The notes below the pieces were generated by a model. The model saw nothing but the letters and a program-made list of their open reading frames with translations. It did not search any database and was not told where the DNA came from. Position numbers and translations under genes: made by a program. Shown piece by piece: positions 19,277 to 29,513 of a stretch of DNA of 64,000 nt; position 1 is the stretch's first letter; each line of letters starts with the position of its first letter. This DNA is from Ignavibacteriota bacterium (GTDB taxonomy: Bacteria; Bacteroidota; Ignavibacteria; Palsa-1295), in the NCBI GenBank assembly GCA_963787835.1, contig CAWBEI010000002.1:192001-256000 (forward strand), read 5' to 3'.

Positions 19277-21024
19277 GAAATTTTAGCGCTTCTCTTATCA
19301 TCATCTCTGTGGCAATCGCTTGCTTGGGAGATGGCGCGCGCGCGCAACTTACCTCGCCATTATCTCCACAAAGCTCGATCCCACAACTTAGCTCACAGAA
19401 GGGCTCAACACCTCCAACATCAGCCGAAGGCACGATCTTTGAAAGCAGTATCGATCCCGCCGAATACCATTTAGGTCCCGGCGATGTATTCGAATGTCGT
19501 TTCTGGACAAGTGGCGAGACATTTTATCCATCGGTCTCACTGGATAATTTGCTCTTGATTCCTAATCTTGGCGCGTTCGATATACAGGGAAAAACACTTG
19601 CTCAAGTTAGGGAAGAAGTGTTACAAGAAGCCACAGCATCCTTCGCATCTAAACATCCCGACCCGAACCATCCGCCAATTGCACTTGCTCTTTACCAACC
19701 TCGTAAGATCTACGTGACAGTTCAAGGGGATGTATCAACGCCAGGGGAGTATGCCCTTTCGGCTGCCGATCGTGCCAACGTCGCAGTAGATATTGCCAAC
19801 AAGATAGATCCTGCAATGCAGCCTTCCCATGAGCCGGGAATGCAAAAGCAGATGGATCTCGATCAATTAGGAAAGAAACATCTTCAAGCACTTTTTGGGG
19901 ATCGTGAGGCTGCACCAGCAAGCAAACGCTATCTTACTGTCGCTCATGAGGATGGCACCATGGATCGGATCGATCTTGTACGTTACAACTCGATGCATGA
20001 CCCTAAAGCTTCACCACCATTGCGTCAGGGAGACGTGATCGATGTCCCGTTTCGAGATATGATGCACCCCGCTATCGGAGTCTATGGTGCTGTTCAAGCA
20101 CCAGGAGAATTCGAATTTGTGCAGAGCGATTCCCTCTCATCTGCCATTAAGTACGCTTTTGGGCCGTCTGCGAATGCGGATCTTCATCATGTAGAACTCT
20201 CGCGAATTGGTGCAGGAGATACGACCGGCCATCCGCAGGTTTATGATCTTGCAGCAATCCAAGCCCACACGGCCCCAGATGTCCCCCTCCAGCCCAATGA
20301 TAGAGTGATCCTGCGATCATTACCAGAAGAAAACCGAGCGGCGGTGGTAGAAGTGATCGGAGAGGTTGGCGAACCGGGCCCCTACCCGATTGACGATGGT
20401 CATACTACCCTATCGCAAGTGGTGCAAGAGGCTGGTGGGTTGACAGCAAAAGCTTATCCCGCCGCTGGGGTGATAAAGCGACACAGCCATGATGAGCGGC
20501 TGACGGCTGGTTCGCCGGAAGATGTGGCCCAAATTACACGTCTGCAAAACCTCACCGTTGCTGATACTGCAAATTATGAGAGGCAACTTTCCATGAGACC
20601 CACAACCGCTGTCACCGACATGTACCGTTTGTTTGTGCAAGGCGATCGTTCTGCAGATGTAAGACTTGAGGATGGAGACGAGATCATCATCCCGAAGCGA
20701 CCGACCAGCGTCTATGTCAATGGATTCGTCAATATTGCCGGTTTTGTAAATTATCAGGAAAATGCACCTCTTCGTTATTACATAGCGCAGGTTGGCGGAT
20801 ACGCCGATGGTGCTGAAAAATCAGAAACTGTGGTAATAAAACTCAGTTCGAAAGCTTGGATGGACCCAAGCGATACTAAGATCGAACCCGGCGACGAAAT
20901 CTTCGTTCCAAAAGAGCCCGATTATTCTGAAGATTATAAACTGGCCAGACTCACGACAGCTGTAGCCATCGTTGGAGCGCTTCTCACGGGGCTCTCAATC
21001 TACGTCAACGTTACACACAAATAG
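19273..21024 (+). CDS. Polysaccharide export protein with multiple SLBB domains (Wza/KpsD-like)
   Basis: YHLGPGD poly_export motif, repeated V.GxVxxPG SLBB units, C-terminal hydrophobic helix; TTG start overlaps the wecB stop (TTGA). Confidence 0.85.
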   Translation: MRNFSASLIIISVAIACLGDGARAQLTSPLSPQSSIPQLSSQKGSTPPTSAEGTIFESSIDPAEYHLGPGDVFECRFWTSGETFYPSVSLDNLLLIPNLGAFDIQGKTLAQVREEVLQEATASFASKHPDPNHPPIALALYQPRKIYVTVQGDVSTPGEYALSAADRANVAVDIANKIDPAMQPSHEPGMQKQMDLDQLGKKHLQALFGDREAAPASKRYLTVAHEDGTMDRIDLVRYNSMHDPKASPPLRQGDVIDVPFRDMMHPAIGVYGAVQAPGEFEFVQSDSLSSAIKYAFGPSANADLHHVELSRIGAGDTTGHPQVYDLAAIQAHTAPDVPLQPNDRVILRSLPEENRAAVVEVIGEVGEPGPYPIDDGHTTLSQVVQEAGGLTAKAYPAAGVIKRHSHDERLTAGSPEDVAQITRLQNLTVADTANYERQLSMRPTTAVTDMYRLFVQGDRSADVRLEDGDEIIIPKRPTSVYVNGFVNIAGFVNYQENAPLRYYIAQVGGYADGAEKSETVVIKLSSKAWMDPSDTKIEPGDEIFVPKEPDYSEDYKLARLTTAVAIVGALLTGLSIYVNVTHK

Positions 21025-21030
21025 CTGAGT

Positions 21031-22773
21031 ATGCGATTATTGTGTGCATTGGTATTAGTAGTCTCGATGGTGACATGTACCATTCAATCAGTGTGGGGTC
21101 AGATCCTTACCTCGCAACCGCACATTGGCGTAGAGCAGGTTCCGCTTGACGATAATGAGATCTATGCTTTCCTTCGACATCTTTCTGTTCGGGGTGTAAT
21201 TACGGGGTTTTCGGAAGCCGAGCTTCCACTTTCCCAATTTGAAGTAGCCGGTTTTTTGCGGCAGGCACGATCGGCAAAACTTTCCGGCGCAGAGCAAGCG
21301 CTTCTAAAAAAATATCTTCAAACATATGCCCTCGATCCTCGTGAAGCTGTGACGATGTTTTCTTCGCAGGATGCAATGCCCCTTTTCTTCGATGGAATTT
21401 TTACCCAACAAGATAAATATCTTTACCAATGGTATGATGACTCTACCAAATCTGACCTTTTTGTGCATGGGATAGGTAGTGTGGAGTATCTTCGCGAGAC
21501 AAGTCCTGCTTCCGAATCCGTAAAGCTGCTTAATCTTGGTGGACGTTTCTCCGGAACGTTGAGTGGGCACGTCGGATACTTTATGCAGACCACCAACGGA
21601 GTGGCCATAGGTGATCAGCAGTTGGCGCTCGAAGATCCTGCACTGGGCAAAAATAATAATTTGCGTTATTTCTCTAATTTTTTTGACTTCACCACCGCAG
21701 AGCTATCCTATAATAACGATTGGTTCACCGGCAAAATAGCACGGGAGTCTATTGCTATCGGAGGATCCTATGAAAACGATAATATCCTTCTTTCTGCCGA
21801 CGGGGTACCCACGTTCGATTTCTTCAGCCTCGGTGCTCATGTTGGAGCGGTTCGTTATCAGGCAATCGTTGGATCATTGGTACAGGATACAGTGACATAT
21901 AACGAGCCGCCTTATCCACTAAAATATCTTGCCCTACACGACCTCACATTCGGAATTGGCAAAAATGCGGAACTCGGATTTACTGACATTATGGTATTTA
22001 CTGAGCGCCTCGATCTCGCCTACCTGAATCCGTTTTCCTTCCTCGGAACTGCTAAACATGGACTCGATGATCAGGATCATGATAATGGCTTGCTTGGTAC
22101 ACATGCGCGATGGCAGATAGCGCCGGGTTTTGAGGTTCGAGGTCAGGCTTTACTTGATGATTTCGTGGCAGGCAACATCGGAAAGGGATATTGGTCAAAC
22201 AAGTGGGCGTGGCAGCTCGGAGGAATGTGGGCAGGTGCTTTCGGTTGCTCTGATCTCGATTGGGAAGCGGAATGGATCCGGGTCGAGCCCTATACCTACT
22301 CACATTGGGATACGGTGGGTTCCTACTCCAGCTCACAGACCCTTCTTGGTACACAGATCGGCCCAAATGCCCAAAGCTTTTGGACAACCCTGCGATGGAC
22401 TCCCGATTCCAAATGGACCTTCGTTCTCAATGGCCAGTTCATTGAACGTGGTGAAAATATCTATGACTCGAGCGGTAATCTTTTATACAATGCTGGAGCA
22501 GACTACCGCGTAAGCATGAATGCCGAAGGAGCTCCGTACGATACCCATTTCCTTGAAGGGCGCCGTGTAAATATTTATACGATAACTGCAGAAGTTCAAT
22601 TCGAACCATGGCGAGGGCTTATTCTCTTTGCGAACGGAACAAAGAAGATCGTCGATTACTTAGGAGGATCAACTTCGACGCCAGGATTCGATCTCACAGG
22701 ACTTCCCGTTTCGCAAGCACCGCTGGAATTACCTGAGACCCTTATTGACATTGGCGTAAAAGCACTTTTTTAA
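21031..22773 (+). CDS. Capsule assembly Wzi-like outer-membrane beta-barrel protein
   Basis: Signal peptide ending WGQ; AYLNPF, DNGLLG, LDD, EWIRVEPYTYSH, LGTQIGPNA; C-terminal Phe. Confidence 0.7.
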   Translation: MRLLCALVLVVSMVTCTIQSVWGQILTSQPHIGVEQVPLDDNEIYAFLRHLSVRGVITGFSEAELPLSQFEVAGFLRQARSAKLSGAEQALLKKYLQTYALDPREAVTMFSSQDAMPLFFDGIFTQQDKYLYQWYDDSTKSDLFVHGIGSVEYLRETSPASESVKLLNLGGRFSGTLSGHVGYFMQTTNGVAIGDQQLALEDPALGKNNNLRYFSNFFDFTTAELSYNNDWFTGKIARESIAIGGSYENDNILLSADGVPTFDFFSLGAHVGAVRYQAIVGSLVQDTVTYNEPPYPLKYLALHDLTFGIGKNAELGFTDIMVFTERLDLAYLNPFSFLGTAKHGLDDQDHDNGLLGTHARWQIAPGFEVRGQALLDDFVAGNIGKGYWSNKWAWQLGGMWAGAFGCSDLDWEAEWIRVEPYTYSHWDTVGSYSSSQTLLGTQIGPNAQSFWTTLRWTPDSKWTFVLNGQFIERGENIYDSSGNLLYNAGADYRVSMNAEGAPYDTHFLEGRRVNIYTITAEVQFEPWRGLILFANGTKKIVDYLGGSTSTPGFDLTGLPVSQAPLELPETLIDIGVKALF

Positions 22774-22804
22774 TATTCCAGCGAAGAATCACGGTTTAGA
22801 ACAT

Positions 22805-24037
22805 ATGCAAACTGAGCAACCTATACCATCCTCATCCGAGCCTTCAGGAACTGCCATAAACGGCGAAGGCAAGAGCGCCATGCTACTCACTCCCGCCCGA
22901 AAGGCATGGGTAGAAAGTGTCTCGATCCTGCTTCGCCATAAGTTCCTGATCATAATTGTTGCTGTCGTTGTCACTGGAATCACCGGGTGGTATTCCTTTA
23001 CCAGAATGCCAAATTATTACAAAGCGCGCGCAGTCATCCTCCCGGCACGTCATGCTAATGGATCGTTGGATAATGCCACTTCTGGAATTGCTTCAAGTCT
23101 TAAGGATCTCGGCATTGCAAAGCTCGGCGGCGGCGATGAAAGCTATACTCCCCTGTCGCTACTCCGAAGCAGAGAGTTAATGGAAAAGATGGTACGCCAA
23201 TTTAACTTTGAAGCGATCTATCGTGATACCACGATGGAAGATGCGATTGACGACTTTTCAAAGAATTTGGATGGCGAACTTTCCGAGGAAGGTAACTTTA
23301 TTATTACCTTCGAAGACACCACACCGCGCCGTGCTGCTCAAGTTACCAATGCCGTTATCGATGAGATCAACAATGTGAACAGTCGACTCGCCAAAGACGA
23401 GGCTGACCACAATATCGCGTATGTGCAAGCCCGATATCAACAAAATCTTGCTGATCTCGATACGGCGGAACACGCATTTCTCGCTTTTCAGAAAAAATAT
23501 GGGATTTTTTCTTTAACTGAACAAGCTCGTGCCGAAATGAGTGCGCTTGCAGAAATGGAAGAACAAAAGATGGGGGCCGAAGTACAATTGCACAGCGCAG
23601 AACAGATGTACGGCGCCAATTCCGGACAAGTAAGCGTGTACAAGGGAACCATCGATGAAATAGAATCGAAGCTTGCTCAGATGAAAGTCGGCATGGATGC
23701 ACAGGCAAGCTCCTTTGTGCCAACGAATGTTTTGCCCGATGTGGCCATGCAATATTTGAGCTTAACACGCGAGTTCGAGATACAGAGTAAACTCAAAGCC
23801 TTCCTCCTGCCGGCCTACGAACAAGCTAAACTCGACGAGCAGAAAAATCTCTATGGATTCGTCACCCTTGATTCTGCTTCGGTGCCGGTTCACAAATCCA
23901 AGCCACACCGATCTGTAATATTGCTCGCTGCATTATTAGGAAGCGCAATTATTACATCGCTATTTGTACTGCTTTTGTCTGGAACGCACCGGCTTCGAGT
24001 GAATTTCGCCCACGACCGTAAACAACTTGGCTTATAA
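22805..24037 (+). CDS. Polysaccharide co-polymerase / chain-length determinant (Wzz/GumC-like)
   Basis: Two TM segments flanking a coiled coil; YKARAVILP; LDSASVPVHKSKPHRS; no tyrosine kinase domain. Confidence 0.85.
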   Translation: MQTEQPIPSSSEPSGTAINGEGKSAMLLTPARKAWVESVSILLRHKFLIIIVAVVVTGITGWYSFTRMPNYYKARAVILPARHANGSLDNATSGIASSLKDLGIAKLGGGDESYTPLSLLRSRELMEKMVRQFNFEAIYRDTTMEDAIDDFSKNLDGELSEEGNFIITFEDTTPRRAAQVTNAVIDEINNVNSRLAKDEADHNIAYVQARYQQNLADLDTAEHAFLAFQKKYGIFSLTEQARAEMSALAEMEEQKMGAEVQLHSAEQMYGANSGQVSVYKGTIDEIESKLAQMKVGMDAQASSFVPTNVLPDVAMQYLSLTREFEIQSKLKAFLLPAYEQAKLDEQKNLYGFVTLDSASVPVHKSKPHRSVILLAALLGSAIITSLFVLLLSGTHRLRVNFAHDRKQLGL

Positions 24038-24049
24038 TTCCCGAAAAGC

Positions 24050-25513
24050 GTGCAAGCATTAGCATTAGATAGCGGCAATTCGTTCGGAGAGAACAGAGGT
24101 GCTTTCCAGCTCTCGCTTCGGGCTCAAATTGCTACGGGGATTGCGATAATCGCTGTACTTGTGGGTTCATTCATTCTCACGGAATCCCTGATTCCTATCG
24201 CCGTTATTCTTGGTGGGTTTGTTGTTTTTGCTACAGTTCGAAATCCGGTAGCGTCGCTATTTGCCTTTATTGTGATTAATGTGATCTTAACCCTTCGAGG
24301 CAGAGATAATGGCGAGCCCACCGTTCTGGATCTGGCCCTCGGAATTGTGCTCGCACTGATTATGGCGTATTGGTTATTACGTTTGCGATTCTTCGAACGA
24401 CAATCACTTAGCACCTCGAAAGGTCAACTTGCCTTGGTTCTGTTCGCGGTGTGGTCTCTGATCGTCACTCTTGTTGGTCTTTCGGGTGAGCACACGACGC
24501 TGAATTTCGCTCTTCGGGAATTGCTCAATCTTTCCCCGTTTCTGGCCATTCCGATAATTTATTATAACTTCGTCGAGTTTGAATCCCCGTCAGAGCGATG
24601 GCTGATATTGAGTGTCTTGCTCTCTGGAATCATCATTGTTGTCTGGAATTTTTTTCGACTAAGGAGCAATGTGCTCCGTGCAGTCTATCTGTATCAAACT
24701 GGGCGCGGAAATTCGAATGAGATGATTTCGGGGCTTATTGTTCTCATCGCGACTTCGATTCTAATGGACCAGAAAGGATTTTGGAAGACTTTACTGGCTG
24801 TGCTATTACTATTGCTTGGCATTCTCGGAATCATCATATCCTTTAGACGAAATCTCTATGTGGGAATCATTATTTGCATGATCGGGGTGGTGTTGCTAGG
24901 AGATCTTAAAGAAAGGCGGAGAGGAATAAAGCGCTTGCTGGTTAGCGGGTTGTGTGGAATAATTGGATTGCTGCCTTTCTATTTTCAATCTCGAACCTTT
25001 CGCCTTCTTCTGATGAACTATGGTTTACGTTTTATTAGCTCTCAACATTTAGGAACGGATCTTTCTTTACGCATGAGATTTGTGGAGTGGAAGTATGAAT
25101 GGCAGGATATTCTTCAATCTCCGATCCTTGGACATGGATTCGGAACCAAGTTTCGCATTTTTGACATCGTGAGAGATGTGCATTATTGGATGCCCTTCAG
25201 TCATAGCAGCTATCTTTACATGGTCTTCAAGTCAGGTTTTATAGGCGCAATATTATTTTTGGGGGCATTCTTTTCAATTTTGTTTAAAGGTTTTCGACTT
25301 CTAAAGTCCCACAGCCTCCCGCTGCATGCTCAAATTATCTTACGCGCAAGCTTGGGTTTTCTCTTCGCAATTCTCATAAATGCCTATACCGAACCCTCAC
25401 TGGGTGCAAAAACTGACCTCACATGGGTAGGACTAATATGGGGCTATTTTCTGGTACTTGAAAAGAACATAGAGTCTATTCCGAATCAAGCAATTATTTT
25501 AGGAGTAGCGTGA
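24050..25513 (+). CDS. O-antigen polymerase/ligase family (Wzy/WaaL) membrane protein
   Basis: Many TM segments; SFRR, SLRMRF, SPILGHGFG, HSSYL motifs. Confidence 0.8.
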   Translation: MQALALDSGNSFGENRGAFQLSLRAQIATGIAIIAVLVGSFILTESLIPIAVILGGFVVFATVRNPVASLFAFIVINVILTLRGRDNGEPTVLDLALGIVLALIMAYWLLRLRFFERQSLSTSKGQLALVLFAVWSLIVTLVGLSGEHTTLNFALRELLNLSPFLAIPIIYYNFVEFESPSERWLILSVLLSGIIIVVWNFFRLRSNVLRAVYLYQTGRGNSNEMISGLIVLIATSILMDQKGFWKTLLAVLLLLLGILGIIISFRRNLYVGIIICMIGVVLLGDLKERRRGIKRLLVSGLCGIIGLLPFYFQSRTFRLLLMNYGLRFISSQHLGTDLSLRMRFVEWKYEWQDILQSPILGHGFGTKFRIFDIVRDVHYWMPFSHSSYLYMVFKSGFIGAILFLGAFFSILFKGFRLLKSHSLPLHAQIILRASLGFLFAILINAYTEPSLGAKTDLTWVGLIWGYFLVLEKNIESIPNQAIILGVA

Positions 25514-26985
25514 TACTCACCACTCCATTCGTATGTAAACGAACAATGAAAGAAAATCTCCTTGATAAATCTGAAATTATCAATTGGCGTATGGTTGTCT
25601 GTTTTGGGCTCGCAACATTAGCCACTCGCATGTTTGCCAGCTATATATTCCCGCAATTTGACGATAGCTTCATCACATTGCGTCACGCTCGAAATCTGGC
25701 AACAGGCAACGGTTTTGTTTTCAATCGGGGTGCTGCGATTCTTGGAATTAGCTGCCCACTGTTCGGACTCTTAGAGGCTTTTCTCTTTAAGATTCGTCTT
25801 CCAATGCCGATTACTGTCCTAATTCTGAATATTGGCTTAGATGTTGCGGTACTTGTCTGGGGTTTGAGAATCCTTGCACAAAATGGCGGAAACATTTCTG
25901 CATTTATTTTTGGGATAGTCTTCGCGCTTAGCCCGTCACTTGCCCGCATTACCATCGGAGATATGGAGGTAAATTTATTTCTCACATTTAGTCTGTTTTC
26001 TATTTCGCTTTTTTATGCTGGAAAAACTTTTACAGCCATTGCACTTGCGTCTATTACTTTCTTCATTCGAGAAGAGGCCCTAATTTTAGTTGCTATTCTT
26101 ATAGCATTGGAGTTCTTCCAGAGATCGAAGTTACATGCACTTCGACTTGCTGGAGTAAGCATTCTTGCTGTGATTCCTGGTCTTGCCATCATATATTATT
26201 CCTATGGCAGCATTATTCCACAGTCGGTACTAATAAAACTTGGGTGGAGATCACCCACATTTTTTTACCCTCTCCATGACCTCCTTCTCAATGACCCCGT
26301 CGGAATAGTTTTGATTCCATTCACGATTTTAGGAGGTTGGCTGGTAAAACAAAAAAGAGGCCAAATGCAGACCATTGTAATTTGGATGTTGCTACTTATC
26401 CTGATTTATTGTGCAAATCACTCAAGAATAATGCCTTGGTACGGCGAGGTTAGCCATTTCGGACAATTTATTTTGGGTTCATTGGGTTTGGGGATTATTC
26501 TCCAGAGGTCGACTAAAATTTCTCGATTGTTCTCCCAGAATTGGATGCTCTATTCCAGCACTCTCGCTATACTCGCAATTTGGTCATTCATCGCATGTAA
26601 AGTCGGACCCAGCCGAGTGACAACTAATATTTACACACGATTAGAGCAGTGGGGGAGTAGCCATTCGCTCCAATCAGCGACGATTATGGCATCGGATATC
26701 GGTGCATTGGGGTACTATTCTGATGCCACAATCTTAGATCTCGATGGATTAGTATGGCCGACTGAATTGCGAAAAGACCCGGTGCAGGTCGTACGAGTTT
26801 TCAAACCTACTTTTTTATTTCTCATTCGATCGAGACAAAGCTATAATTTAATGCAAAATTCCGTTATTAGAGACTCGTATCTGCAAACGAGGGAATTTGC
26901 ACAGGATTCAGGTGTGATGCCGCTTCAGAGTGCACCTGATTCTTGGAATCAAAATTATGTTCTTTTCCAAAGGGTTGAAAAATGA
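25510..26985 (+). CDS. GT-C fold membrane glycosyltransferase (polyprenol-P-sugar dependent)
   Basis: DDSFITLRHARNLATGNGFVFN after the first TM; GDME, REE, DIGALGYYS, ILDLDGLV. Confidence 0.7.
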   Translation: MILTTPFVCKRTMKENLLDKSEIINWRMVVCFGLATLATRMFASYIFPQFDDSFITLRHARNLATGNGFVFNRGAAILGISCPLFGLLEAFLFKIRLPMPITVLILNIGLDVAVLVWGLRILAQNGGNISAFIFGIVFALSPSLARITIGDMEVNLFLTFSLFSISLFYAGKTFTAIALASITFFIREEALILVAILIALEFFQRSKLHALRLAGVSILAVIPGLAIIYYSYGSIIPQSVLIKLGWRSPTFFYPLHDLLLNDPVGIVLIPFTILGGWLVKQKRGQMQTIVIWMLLLILIYCANHSRIMPWYGEVSHFGQFILGSLGLGIILQRSTKISRLFSQNWMLYSSTLAILAIWSFIACKVGPSRVTTNIYTRLEQWGSSHSLQSATIMASDIGALGYYSDATILDLDGLVWPTELRKDPVQVVRVFKPTFLFLIRSRQSYNLMQNSVIRDSYLQTREFAQDSGVMPLQSAPDSWNQNYVLFQRVEK

Positions 26986-27019
26986 AGAGGAATTCTGATT
27001 CAACCTTTTTGCAGTTAAA

Positions 27020-28549
27020 ATGAGTGGTGAAGTTCAAAATCAAGCTTATTACTCGGCCGGTTCTCGCTTAGTGCGGGGTGCTGCGAGCGGCCTATTTCTT
27101 AACATCCTTTCGAATGCATTCCTGTTTGTTGGCCAACTTATTATTCCTCGGATGCTTTCGAGGACAGAGTATGCGCAATTTACCGTTTCCATCAGTTTTG
27201 TCGTGATGATGAGCCTTGTGGCCGACTTAGGGATGAATTCCTTGTTCACACGAGTATTCTCAGAAGCAGAAGAGGATGCTTCGGTAGGACATCCCGACCG
27301 TCGGGGGAAACTGATCGGTAGCGCGCTCGCACTTCGTGTGGGTCTCGCGCTTATCGTGGCAGCGTTGGTTCTCCTTATTGCTCCGCAATTATATTCATCC
27401 GGCATGGTCGTGAACATGCAAATTGTATTAATTACAATCTTTATTTCATCCAGACTGCTGATCGTACGAGCGGTTGGAGAATCGATTCTTAAAAGCCGAG
27501 GGAAATTTTATCTTGCAGCTGCGTTTGCTCTTGCCGATGCAGTTGCCTTCGCGATCGCATTATTGATATGCTCGGGTGATCATCTTTCGGTATCACAGGT
27601 TCTTTTCATTTACTCATTTTCCAACCTTCCTGGGTTTGCTCTGCTATGTGTGTCCACAGCCAGATGGTGCCGGACGGAACGCATTTTACTCAGAGTAGAT
27701 TGGCATACGATCTTAGAATTCATAAGAGGCGCCCTGCCCCTCAGTGTGGCTATCGGCTTTCTCACGATACACACAGAAATTGATAAATTATTATTAGATC
27801 GCTTGAGTAGCCCATACGAAGTATCCAGCTATGGTGCAATGGTTAGGCTAATCTCCGCAGTTATTCCAATCCCACTTGTCATTGCTTATGTCGCTGCTCC
27901 GGAACTCACGCGGCTAATGCGGCGGGGGGACCATGTTAAGTCAAAACGATTGACGGGTCTTGTGCTTCGGTTTTTGATGGTGTCTGCGGGTATAATTATC
28001 GTAACGTTACTTCCATCCTCAACCATGGCTGCGACGCTCTTTCTTGGTGCGAAATATTCCGCTTCAGGTTATCTTCTTCAATATATGGGATGGATGCTAT
28101 TACCAATTTTTATTTCGACGTTTCTAACCGAAATGAGCATCGCTGCAGGAAAATCATGGCCATTCACCGTTTACGCCACGATATTGATGGCGGCAGTCAT
28201 TTTGGGAGACTTCATCTTGATACCTTCCTATGGTGCGGCAGGGGCGATGATCTCCAAATTAATAGCTGTCTCACTTGGCTGCGTCGGATTATTAGGACTT
28301 CTCTGGAAGTCCGAATTCTTGACTATGAACCTGTTAACAAAACTTGTGCTCAAGGTTATCGTAGCAATGAGCATGGCATTTATTATCAACATCGCGATAC
28401 CAGTAGGATTTATTTCCCCATGGATTGAATCTGCTTTGCTTTTAGTAGTGTTCCTATGCTTGGTTCATCTACTTAAGATCCTTTCTATTTCAGATGTTCA
28501 TAGCCTATTTAGTAGAATTAAAGTGGAGACCACCGGTGAAACGATCTAA
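27020..28549 (+). CDS. Wzx-type oligosaccharide flippase
   Basis: About 14 TM segments; ADLGMN, IDKLLL, LIPSYGAAGAMIS. Confidence 0.85.
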   Translation: MSGEVQNQAYYSAGSRLVRGAASGLFLNILSNAFLFVGQLIIPRMLSRTEYAQFTVSISFVVMMSLVADLGMNSLFTRVFSEAEEDASVGHPDRRGKLIGSALALRVGLALIVAALVLLIAPQLYSSGMVVNMQIVLITIFISSRLLIVRAVGESILKSRGKFYLAAAFALADAVAFAIALLICSGDHLSVSQVLFIYSFSNLPGFALLCVSTARWCRTERILLRVDWHTILEFIRGALPLSVAIGFLTIHTEIDKLLLDRLSSPYEVSSYGAMVRLISAVIPIPLVIAYVAAPELTRLMRRGDHVKSKRLTGLVLRFLMVSAGIIIVTLLPSSTMAATLFLGAKYSASGYLLQYMGWMLLPIFISTFLTEMSIAAGKSWPFTVYATILMAAVILGDFILIPSYGAAGAMISKLIAVSLGCVGLLGLLWKSEFLTMNLLTKLVLKVIVAMSMAFIINIAIPVGFISPWIESALLLVVFLCLVHLLKILSISDVHSLFSRIKVETTGETI

Positions 28550-29501
28550 TGGATGGGATCTTAAATCATGGAGTGTTGGTGCCGAGGAATCCACTGACCC
28601 GTCACTGCCACTTGTTACCATCGGGATTCTGAATTACAATCGTTGCGAGGATCTTAGACGGACGCTGGATGTGATCTTTCGGGGTGTCATATACCCGAGG
28701 GTGGAAGTCATCGTCGTGGACAACGGATCGTCCGATGGTAGCGTTGAGATGATTCGCGCGGAATTCCCAAAAGCGAAGTTACATGAAGTTGGTTGGAATG
28801 CTGGCACAAGTTCGAGAAACTGGGAAATGCGGTTGGCCACCGGTAAATACATTTTTAGCTTCGATGACGATACTATTCCTGCGACACCTGCCACAATCCT
28901 ACGAATGGTTAAATATATGGAGTCTCATGAGAACATCGATGCTCTTGTAAGCACATATTACCAACCCATCGCAGGATTCGATGAGACGGGAGAAGATCCT
29001 TGGTTCCGATTTGGAGGCAATGGTGTTGAAGGGTTTGAAGGGATATATCTTGCAGAAGGCGGAACGTGCTTCCGTGTTAGTTCTCTTCGTGCTGTCGATG
29101 GATATGATGAACGAATCATTTGTTATCGCGAAGGGTATGATTTGGCACTGCAGCTGTATAAGGCTGGGTATGGCATTCGTTTCTGCCCTTGGTTTGTCAC
29201 CCTGCATTTGAAGTCCCCTTCCATGCGAGTTTCGGGTCGATTTGCTTTTCTGAATGCGCAACACCATATTTGGATTATTGCTAAACATTGGCCCTTGCTT
29301 CTTGTACCTCCGATGTTATCTCTATGGCTATTGCGACGGGTTCTTGGCGCCATTATTCATCCCAGCGTCGCACAGGCAAGCATGAAAGGAGTAATGAGCG
29401 GACTCCGGGGAGTTCGTCCATTTCTAAGATACCGACCAAAGCTCTCGTTGAAGCAGCTGATACTCTTAAAACGATTTTACATCCAGCTCTATCGCTGGTA
29501 A
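28536..29501 (+). CDS. Glycosyltransferase family 2
   Basis: IGILNYNR, VVDNGSSDGS, FDDD, DLALQL; GTG start at 28536 preceded by GGAG. Confidence 0.88.
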   Translation: MKRSNGWDLKSWSVGAEESTDPSLPLVTIGILNYNRCEDLRRTLDVIFRGVIYPRVEVIVVDNGSSDGSVEMIRAEFPKAKLHEVGWNAGTSSRNWEMRLATGKYIFSFDDDTIPATPATILRMVKYMESHENIDALVSTYYQPIAGFDETGEDPWFRFGGNGVEGFEGIYLAEGGTCFRVSSLRAVDGYDERIICYREGYDLALQLYKAGYGIRFCPWFVTLHLKSPSMRVSGRFAFLNAQHHIWIIAKHWPLLLVPPMLSLWLLRRVLGAIIHPSVAQASMKGVMSGLRGVRPFLRYRPKLSLKQLILLKRFYIQLYRW

Positions 29502-29513
29502 CAACTTCCGAGA